From the NCBI RefSeq assembly GCF_001543245.1, contig NZ_CP014163.1, positions 950,387 through 974,386 on the forward strand: a stretch of 24,000 nucleotides of DNA, read 5' to 3'. Of this stretch, positions 16,512-22,147 are shown in pieces. Made by a program: the position numbers and the translations under genes. Within the stretch, counting starts at the first letter, position 1. Every line of letters begins with the position of its first letter. The notes under the pieces were generated by a model that did no database searches, was not told where the DNA came from, and saw only the letters and a list, made by a program, of their open reading frames with translations. The DNA is from Aerococcus urinaehominis. GTDB lineage: Bacteria; Bacillota; Bacilli; Lactobacillales; Aerococcaceae.

Positions 16512-16640
16512 TTATTTGATACGGCATTGTCTTAATAGATTAAAAATCAGCGCACAATTTTTTTCTTTAGAATTAGCCTGGTTATAGTTGAAAACGCCAC
16601 CTTTAATTAATTTAAGTTGATTAATTGCTATTTTTTTCAA
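16512..16640 (-). CDS. Putative inducer-peptide (pheromone) precursor with double-glycine leader (42 aa, TTG start)
   Basis: Not in the ORF track. AAGGAG (16654..16649) lies 8 nt before the TTG at 16640. Sequence: MKKIAINQLKLIKGG|VFNYNQANSKEKNCALIFNLLRQCRIK. The 3' end overlaps the kinase start (16527) by 16 nt, which is the classic IP-HK-RR gene order. Confidence 0.7.
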   Translation of the reverse strand: MKKIAINQLKLIKGGVFNYNQANSKEKNCALIFNLLRQCRIK

Positions 16641-16813
16641 AATAAACACTCCTTTAATATTTAAAATTCTGCACTAAAAATTCATTTCAATGGCACGATA
16701 GTATATAATACTCACTTCTTACTAGATATATATTAATTGTCAAAAAAATATTTAGCTACTCAATCATCTTATCAGTAAATGAGTACTACTTTATAGCCCC
16801 CCCCTCACAAACC

Positions 16814-16890
16814 ATTCAAGAGATAAATTCAAGAACTAAATACTTGCATTCAGGAAACATTCTCCCTTCTCTCAATATAGTTGTTATAAT
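16814..16890 (+). promoter_or_regulatory. Candidate LytTR-regulated promoter: three ATTCA(A/G)GA direct repeats plus an extended -10
   Basis: ATTCAAGA occurs at 16814-16821 and 16827-16834, and ATTCAGGA at 16848-16855. The last two starts are 21 bp apart. TGTTATAAT lies at 16882-16890, 37 nt after the last repeat start. No good -35 is present. Confidence 0.5.
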
Positions 16891-16933
16891 AATGTTGTAA
16901 GCAGTTACAAAGTTTTTTGAAAGGAGCTTTCCG

Positions 16934-17106
16934 ATGCAAAATGATAAGTCATTACCTGATGAGTGGTTAAAAAAGTCCGTGGTGGTTCCAATGATTACAT
17001 CTGGACCCAAATAGGTCGGCATGCTGGTAATTTTATGAATTGTATGGACAAGCCTGTTAGCACCGACCCCTTCGTTTCTGCCGGTTACTGTATTGGTCCA
17101 AAATGA
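16934..17106 (+). pseudogene. Frameshifted double-glycine-leader bacteriocin precursor
   Basis: Not in the track. GAAAGGAG lies 7 nt before the ATG at 16934. As written, the frame stops after 26 codons. Adding one A to the A6 run (16969-16974) gives MQNDKSLPDEWLKKVRGG|SNDYIWTQIGRHAGNFMNCMDKPVSTDPFVSAGYCIGPK, with L-12, L-7 and V-4, ending at 17106. Confidence 0.6.
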
Positions 17107-17130
17107 GTGATTTAAACTAGGAGGATTATC

Positions 17131-17289
17131 ATGAAAAAATATCATACCTTGAAAAAATCAGAATTGATGCAAATCAAAGCTGGAGGTGCTGCTTTGAATA
17201 TTATCTCAACCATTGGTAGTTTTCTTATAGCTGACGCTTGGAGACATAGCGATCAAATTAGGGAGGGCTACCAACAAACGCGCCACTAG
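17131..17289 (+). CDS. GG/AG-leader bacteriocin-like peptide precursor (52 aa)
   Basis: Not in the track. AGGAGG lies 6 nt before the ATG. Sequence: MKKYHTLKKSELMQIKAG(G)|AALNIISTIGSFLIADAWRHSDQIREGYQQTRH. The LxxSELxxIxAG leader fits the consensus if cleavage follows AG. Confidence 0.75.
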   Translation: MKKYHTLKKSELMQIKAGGAALNIISTIGSFLIADAWRHSDQIREGYQQTRH

Positions 17290-17315
17290 TAACATATAAA
17301 TGAAGGATGATTACT

Positions 17316-17528
17316 ATGAAAAAGGGATTAATTGAGGATTTAAAAGTGATTATAGCAACCTTCATCTTTGGTCTAGCCTGGCTGCTAATCACTAGCTACA
17401 TATCAGGAAGTCAACCTCTGCTAGTAGCTGAAGATTATAAATTTCTCTTTACCTATACCTTTATTGTATCGGTCGTGTTCATAGGCAGCCGTCTAATTAA
17501 AGGTCAAAAAACTAATAAAAGTAATTAA
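17316..17528 (+). CDS. Small two-TM membrane protein (70 aa), putative immunity protein of the 16934/17131 peptide pair
   Basis: Track ORF 17307..17528 trimmed to the ATG at 17316, with AAGGA 8 nt upstream. It has two hydrophobic helices and a basic C-terminus. It is the last gene before the terminator. Confidence 0.55.
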   Translation: MKKGLIEDLKVIIATFIFGLAWLLITSYISGSQPLLVAEDYKFLFTYTFIVSVVFIGSRLIKGQKTNKSN

Positions 17529-17532
17529 TTAA

Positions 17533-17560
17533 AGTAGCCCGCAACCGGGCTACTTTTATA
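17533..17560 (+). terminator. Rho-independent terminator
   Basis: The 9-bp stem AGTAGCCCG/CGGGCTACT pairs 17533-17541 with 17546-17554. The loop is caac, followed by TTTTATATTTT. Confidence 0.7.
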
Positions 17561-17598
17561 TTTTCAGCGCAAGATCTGCTAAATTAGTCCCCAATCTA

Positions 17599-17715
17599 TC
17601 AGGCACAAATTTTACCATAACAGGCCCGCAACCAATCCCAGGCTTTCTTTAGGTCCTGAACGCCTCCAAAGCCCGCTTTAACTTGTCTGAGCTCTTGATT
17701 AGATAAAGTTTTCAT
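17599..17715 (-). CDS. Orphan AG-leader peptide precursor (38 aa)
   Basis: Not in the track. AAAGGAGGGGG lies upstream of the ATG at 17715. Sequence: MKTLSNQELRQVKAG|FGGVQDLKKAWDWLRACYGKICA. The leader matches the LSxxELxxVxxG consensus exactly apart from Ala at -2. The mature 23-mer ends in C-x5-C-A. Confidence 0.65.
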   Translation of the reverse strand: MKTLSNQELRQVKAGFGGVQDLKKAWDWLRACYGKICA

Positions 17716-17841
17716 CAACTTCCCCCTCCTTTAATTGTATATACAATTCCATAATAAACCAAGTCTGTTTTAACTCTGATTAGTCTTCTTAAATCTGCTT
17801 TTTTTATTCCTGAACGAAAACTGTTGGTATCATTAGCTAAC

Positions 17842-17885
17842 AAAATAGCACCCTAGCGAAACTATCCTGCTAAGGTGCTATTTTT
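17842..17885 (-). terminator. Terminator after the distal metQ-like gene
   Basis: The 8-bp stem ATAGCACC/GGTGCTAT pairs 17845-17852 with 17874-17881, with further inner pairing. It is flanked by A and T runs and lies 12 nt after the stop at 17897. Confidence 0.55.
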
Positions 17886-17896
17886 ACCTACTGATA

Positions 17897-18721
17897 TTAG
17901 GGTTGCGGTGCACCCTCCCAAACTGGGATAGATGAACCATTGGACATTTCATCGATGATCTTAGCGACTTGGTCGGTTTGATAGTACTTAATAATCGTTT
18001 GGAAAATTTCCTCGTCCTGGCGGTCACCCCGAGCTGCAATAACATTGTAATAAGGTTTAGAGCTCTCAGCCACTGGCTCCAAGTAAATTGAATCTTGGGT
18101 TGGGATAAAGCCAGCATCAGTAGCCATATCATTGTTAACCAGGGCGATGTCGACATCATTTAATGAGCGCGCCGTTTGGTTGGCAGCCATAGAGGTAAAC
18201 TGAAGGTTTTTAGGATTTTCAGTAATATCATTGATAGTTGGTAAGAGACCCTTGGCTGGATCCAGCTTGATTAGGCCAGCCGTTTGTAAGAGTAAGAGGG
18301 CCCGGCTCTCGTTAGACACATCATCAGGAACCGCTACCTTGGCGTTATCAGCTAATTGGTCTAGACTAGTAATTTTTTCAGAGAAGACCCCCATAGGATT
18401 AAGGGTGGTATAGGCAATGGTCGTATTGGTATAACCCGATTCCTTGTTAACCTCTTCCATGAAAATTTCAGTCAAGGCTGAATGAAGGTCAATTGAACCA
18501 TCTTCAAGGGCCACAATTGGCGCCCGGTAGTCAGTAAACTTAACGAGCTCCAAATTGATATTTTCCTTGTCGGCTAATTCTTTTTGGATGTATTCCCACT
18601 GGTCATTCTTTTCCCCAACTACCCCTAAGCGGACAGTAGTTGCCTCACTGGAACCGGAAGAACCACAGGCAGCTAGGACAAAGGTGACAGCTAAAAATAG
18701 GGCAAGTAGTTTCTTTTTCAT
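17897..18721 (-). CDS. metQ: MetQ/NlpA-family substrate-binding lipoprotein (274 aa)
   Basis: Track ORF 17897..18802 trimmed to the ATG at 18721 (AAAGGAAAT upstream). The signal peptide and lipobox read MKKKLLALFLAVTFVLAAC. By eye it is roughly 45 percent identical to 19969..20802. Confidence 0.85.
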   Translation of the reverse strand: MKKKLLALFLAVTFVLAACGSSGSSEATTVRLGVVGEKNDQWEYIQKELADKENINLELVKFTDYRAPIVALEDGSIDLHSALTEIFMEEVNKESGYTNTTIAYTTLNPMGVFSEKITSLDQLADNAKVAVPDDVSNESRALLLLQTAGLIKLDPAKGLLPTINDITENPKNLQFTSMAANQTARSLNDVDIALVNNDMATDAGFIPTQDSIYLEPVAESSKPYYNVIAARGDRQDEEIFQTIIKYYQTDQVAKIIDEMSNGSSIPVWEGAPQP

Positions 18722-18725
18722 TTTG

Positions 18726-19931
18726 TTAATTTCCTTTCGCGCGACTGGTTTGGTAATCAGTCTTAATTTTTTGACGTAAATTGTCATCAGTATAAAGGTC
18801 AAGGGCTGTCCGAGCTAGCAGTTCGGCGGCTAGGGCAATCGAAGCTAAGCCCTTATCGCTTTTGGCAGCTGCTTTAAATTCGCTTGAGTGACCAGCAATA
18901 TAGTCATCTGATATCGAGATATAAGGCTGGATCGTCGGAATCACCTGGCTCACATTACCAACATCTGATGAACCCAGGCCCTTGTCAACTGGATTTTCCT
19001 CAATATCACAATCCGGGATGTCTAGTGCTTTAATATGGTTGAGAAAGACCTGGTCAAAACTAGGTGTTTTTATCATATCGTCACAGGCATTTTGAAAGAG
19101 GCCAAACTGATAAGTCGTACCGGTTGCTTGGGCAGCCCCGGCAACCACATTTTCTACTTTTTGGTAGACCTGGTCCAGGGTGGCCCGGTTTTTAGCCCGC
19201 AGATAAAAGCGGGCTGAAGTATAGTCGGGCACCACATTGGCAGCTTGACCCCCATCGGTAATGACACCGTGGATATTGACATCCTTGGGCATGGAGAATC
19301 GCAAACTATTGATACCATTAAAGGCTAGAATCATAGCATCTAGGGCCGAAATTCCCTTTTCTGGGGCAGCAGCTGCGTGGGATGACTTGCCGAAAAATTC
19401 AATATCAACCGGATCATTAGCCAAGAAGGCTGAGGTCGGTTGGTACTTGTGGCCGGGATGGGCGCAGAGAGCAAAATCGACGTCAGCAAAGAAGCCATGT
19501 CTCACAAAAGACCCCTTGGCTGACCCATTCTCGCCGCCCTCTTCGCCTGGCGTCCCATAAACCCGGACTTGGCCCCCCAAGTCATCAATCACCTGCTTAA
19601 TAGCAGCGCCAGCTAAGCAGGAATAGTTGCCAAAGAGATTGTGGCCACAGGCGTGGCCAATACCGGGCAGGGCATCATACTCCGCCAAGAAGGCAATGGT
19701 TGGTCCGGGCTGACCAGAATCATAGTAGGCAGCAAAAGCTGTTCGGTGACCAGCCACATCCCGGACCACTTTAAAACCAAGCTGGTCTAATTGGTCAGCC
19801 AAGACCTGCTGGCTATGAAATTCATAGTTAGAAACTTCGGGGTGGGCATGAATATCCAAGGCTAAATCCTGGTAAATTGGCGCTTGCTTGCTAATATAGT
19901 CATGAATTTTTTCTTGATAGTCGCTTAACAT
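18726..19931 (-). CDS. M20-family amidohydrolase / peptidase (401 aa; HipO/AbgB-like)
   Basis: Contains AFLAEYDALPGIGHACGHNL and GTPGEEGGENGSAKG, metal-binding motifs typical of M20D amidohydrolases. GAGGAGGTG lies upstream. Confidence 0.85.
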   Translation of the reverse strand: MLSDYQEKIHDYISKQAPIYQDLALDIHAHPEVSNYEFHSQQVLADQLDQLGFKVVRDVAGHRTAFAAYYDSGQPGPTIAFLAEYDALPGIGHACGHNLFGNYSCLAGAAIKQVIDDLGGQVRVYGTPGEEGGENGSAKGSFVRHGFFADVDFALCAHPGHKYQPTSAFLANDPVDIEFFGKSSHAAAAPEKGISALDAMILAFNGINSLRFSMPKDVNIHGVITDGGQAANVVPDYTSARFYLRAKNRATLDQVYQKVENVVAGAAQATGTTYQFGLFQNACDDMIKTPSFDQVFLNHIKALDIPDCDIEENPVDKGLGSSDVGNVSQVIPTIQPYISISDDYIAGHSSEFKAAAKSDKGLASIALAAELLARTALDLYTDDNLRQKIKTDYQTSRAKGN

Positions 19932-19968
19932 CAGGCACCTCCTCTTATTAGTCGACTAATAGTAACTG

Positions 19969-20802
19969 CTATTTACGGCCAAATTGTTCCCAAGCTGGCA
20001 CATTAGCACCCTTAGAGGTCTCTTGGATGGCTTGGGCCGTTTTATCCGTTTGGTAAGCGTCAACTACTTTTTGATAGACTTCATTGTCCTGGTCTTCAGC
20101 TCGGGCCACGATGATGTTGACATAGGGTTTAGAATTCTCATCAACCGGCTCAGAGAAAATGGCATCACTTTCCGGATTTAAACCAGCATCGACAGCCATG
20201 CCGCTATTAATAACTGAGATGGTCACATCACCTAGGCTGCGGGCTGTTTGTGAAGCATCGACCTCGGTAATCTTTAGGTTTAGCGGGTTTTCCGTAATAT
20301 CAGAAACTGTCGGTGTAATGCCCTTAGCTGGATCAACCTTAATCAGACCCGCTGACTGTAAAAGTATTAGGGCCCGACCACCATTAGTCACATCAGAAGG
20401 TATGGCCACTGTGTCCCCGGCTTTAACCTCTTTGATATCTTGCACTTGGTTAGAGTAGATGGCTAGTGGGGCAATCACGGTATTACCGATAGACACCAGG
20501 TCAGTGCCAAATTCCTCATTAAAATTATCTAAAAAGATTTGGTGTTGGAAGGAATTGAGGTCAATATCACCTTCAGCTAAAGCCTTATTAGGCTGGCTAT
20601 ATTCGGTAAATTTGACATACTCAAGCTCAATCCCATCTGCAGCTAGGTCTTCCTTAACGCTATCCCAGACATCCGTGTCTTCACCAATAATACCTAACTT
20701 AACAGTTTGGTCAGCGCTATCTCCTGATTCTCTACCTCCACCGCAAGCAGCCAGACTCAGACCTGTTGCAAATAATAATGATAGCTTTAATAATTTTTTC
20801 AT
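19969..20802 (-). CDS. metQ: MetQ/NlpA-family substrate-binding lipoprotein (277 aa)
   Basis: The lipobox reads MKKLLKLSLLFATGLSLAAC. NlpA-family sequence continues throughout. AAGGGGGAT lies upstream. Confidence 0.9.
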   Translation of the reverse strand: MKKLLKLSLLFATGLSLAACGGGRESGDSADQTVKLGIIGEDTDVWDSVKEDLAADGIELEYVKFTEYSQPNKALAEGDIDLNSFQHQIFLDNFNEEFGTDLVSIGNTVIAPLAIYSNQVQDIKEVKAGDTVAIPSDVTNGGRALILLQSAGLIKVDPAKGITPTVSDITENPLNLKITEVDASQTARSLGDVTISVINSGMAVDAGLNPESDAIFSEPVDENSKPYVNIIVARAEDQDNEVYQKVVDAYQTDKTAQAIQETSKGANVPAWEQFGRK

Positions 20803-20822
20803 CTTAATTATCCCCCTTAAAT

Positions 20823-21088
20823 AAAAAAAGCCCCTTTACTGGAGACCAGTAAAAGGACGACGTATCGTGTTACCACCTTTAGTTCAGAAGCCAAAGCTTC
20901 CCTCAAACCAACCGCCAAACGATTGGCGCTGATTTTAACGGTTCAGCTACCGGCCCAGCCTCATATCGACTAGACAACCTCCAAGACCATCTTCAGCTAA
21001 TCACCATCTCATTTCTTTCACCAACCGAAATGTCTCTAAAATAGGTCCTTAACTTACTCTTCTTTTCATAGGTATGCTTCATTTGATT
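20823..21088 (-). promoter_or_regulatory. T-box riboswitch leader with intrinsic terminator, upstream of metQ-M20-metQ
   Basis: Minus-strand elements, in order: AGTA and AGAGA (Stem I elements), the distal-loop GGTGAAAG, the F-box CCGTTA (20941..20936), the T-box sequence AAAGGTGGTAACACG (20880..20866), then a 12-bp terminator stem (CCTTTTACTGG/CCAGTAAAGGGG) plus T7 (20857..20823). The candidate specifier is GAU-AUG-A at 20964..20962 (Met). This is not securely folded. Confidence 0.8.
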
Positions 21089-21095
21089 AAATATT

Positions 21096-21124
21096 ATTAT
21101 AGGAGATAGCCCTAACAGGGTCAA
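21096..21124 (-). promoter_or_regulatory. Sigma-A promoter of the T-box/metQ operon (TTGACC-17-TATAAT)
   Basis: On the minus strand, TTGACC is at 21124..21119 and TATAAT at 21101..21096, with a 17-nt spacer. Confidence 0.7.
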
Positions 21125-21144
21125 CATGATAGCCGTCACCCTTT

Positions 21145-21173
21145 TTGCATCATCAGTGATCGTTTTATATAAT
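21145..21173 (+). promoter_or_regulatory. Divergent sigma-A promoter (TTGCAT-17-TATAAT) for the small membrane protein gene
   Basis: TTGCAT at 21145-21150, a 17-nt spacer, then TATAAT at 21168-21173. Confidence 0.6.
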
Positions 21174-21243
21174 CACATAAGTTTTTTGCTATTTGTTTAG
21201 GGCTTGCCTTATAATAAGAATAAAATACCCAGGAGGAAAATTT

Positions 21244-21498
21244 ATGTCTACTAGTCCACAAAGAATGGCCCAAATGTTTACTTTTATTGCTCTATTTTCA
21301 GTTGTTTTTGGCTATACCATCGATAGCAATAGTCTGCAATTTTTATTCAATGTTATTCTGCCTATCGCCATGTATATCGCTAGTTTTGTCGTCCTATTCA
21401 AAGGCCGGGTCCAAGCAACTGACGCTAAAATTTCTTATTATGGCGGTGCCTTTATCGTAGCTATCGGACTGATTATCCAGTTTGTGATCTTAAAATAA
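21244..21498 (+). CDS. Small hypothetical membrane protein (84 aa, three hydrophobic segments)
   Basis: Track ORF 21193..21498 trimmed to the ATG at 21244, which is preceded by CAGGAGGAAAA. No recognisable family. Confidence 0.55.
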   Translation: MSTSPQRMAQMFTFIALFSVVFGYTIDSNSLQFLFNVILPIAMYIASFVVLFKGRVQATDAKISYYGGAFIVAIGLIIQFVILK

Positions 21499-21642
21499 TA
21501 GCTTAATTTTTTATTCATTCTAATATAAAATATAATACGCTTATATTTTCAAAATGATTCTAATCTATTATTTGACTTATTTATTTAAAGGACTTACAAT
21601 TAATTTGTAGCAATAAGTTAATTTATAAAGGAGTCGATTCAA

Positions 21643-22065
21643 ATGGCATTTGATTATAAAGACCACGGTAAAGAACCTTATGTTGTTAATATTGATGACT
21701 ATACGACCGAAAATGAAAATTACCGCACCACTATCTGGACTGGTGAAAAATTGCAAGTAACGGTGATGTCAATTGCGGTTGGTGATGATATCGGCTTAGA
21801 AGTCCACCATGGCATTGACCAATTTATCCGTATCGAAGCTGGTCAAGGCCTCTGCCAAATGGGTGAAGCCGAGGATGACCTCAGCTTTGAACAAAAAGTA
21901 GCTGCTGATGACGCTATTTTTGTCCCGGCTGACAAGTGGCATAATGTAACCAACACTGGTGACGAACCTTTGAAACTCTATACCGTTTACGCAGGCCCTG
22001 ACCATGTGCCGGGCACGATCCACGAAACCCACCAAGATGCAGAAAATGATCCCAATGAACACTAA
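21643..22065 (+). CDS. Cupin-domain protein (140 aa)
   Basis: The two-motif cupin pattern is present: G(x)5HxH-like GLEVHHGIDQFIRIEAG, then FVPADKWHNVTNTG. AAAGGAG lies upstream. Confidence 0.75.
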   Translation: MAFDYKDHGKEPYVVNIDDYTTENENYRTTIWTGEKLQVTVMSIAVGDDIGLEVHHGIDQFIRIEAGQGLCQMGEAEDDLSFEQKVAADDAIFVPADKWHNVTNTGDEPLKLYTVYAGPDHVPGTIHETHQDAENDPNEH

Positions 22066-22074
22066 TTAACACGC

Positions 22075-22118
22075 AAAGGCCCCGCCTATCATTAGAGATA
22101 GGCGGGGCCTTTTTATTT
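22075..22118. terminator. Strong hairpin terminator between the convergent cupin and gltX genes
   Basis: A 15-bp perfect stem pairs 22075-22089 with 22098-22112 around an 8-nt loop. There is a T-run on the plus strand and a weaker one on the minus strand. Confidence 0.75.
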
Positions 22119-22147
22119 GGATTAATTGCTACTAGATGCAAGCTAAT

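Larger units (their letters stand above)
13858..16527 (-). pseudogene. HPK10-type (AgrC/ComD/PlnB-like) quorum-sensing histidine kinase, disrupted by an IS256-family insertion and a -1 poly-A frameshift
   Basis: There are three pieces. The first is codons 1-27 at 16527..16446 (MPYQISSIDMTLWAFLLRIVAVFAFRC). The second is track ORF 14904..15113. The third is track ORF 13858..14904, which has the H-box AFRHDYKNLL, N-box LLDNALEA and G-box GLGLSN. Removing the IS plus one TSD copy joins pieces 1 and 2 in frame. Adding one A to the A7 run (plus-strand T-run 14937-14943) joins pieces 2 and 3. The result is a 445-aa protein, the normal size for this family. Confidence 0.85.

Noticed and set aside
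16816-17145. 109-aa minus-strand ORF (MIFFHDNPPSLNH...)
   Set aside because: It has no Shine-Dalgarno and an odd composition. It is antisense to two plus-strand GG-leader peptide genes that have strong ribosome-binding sites and leader consensus.
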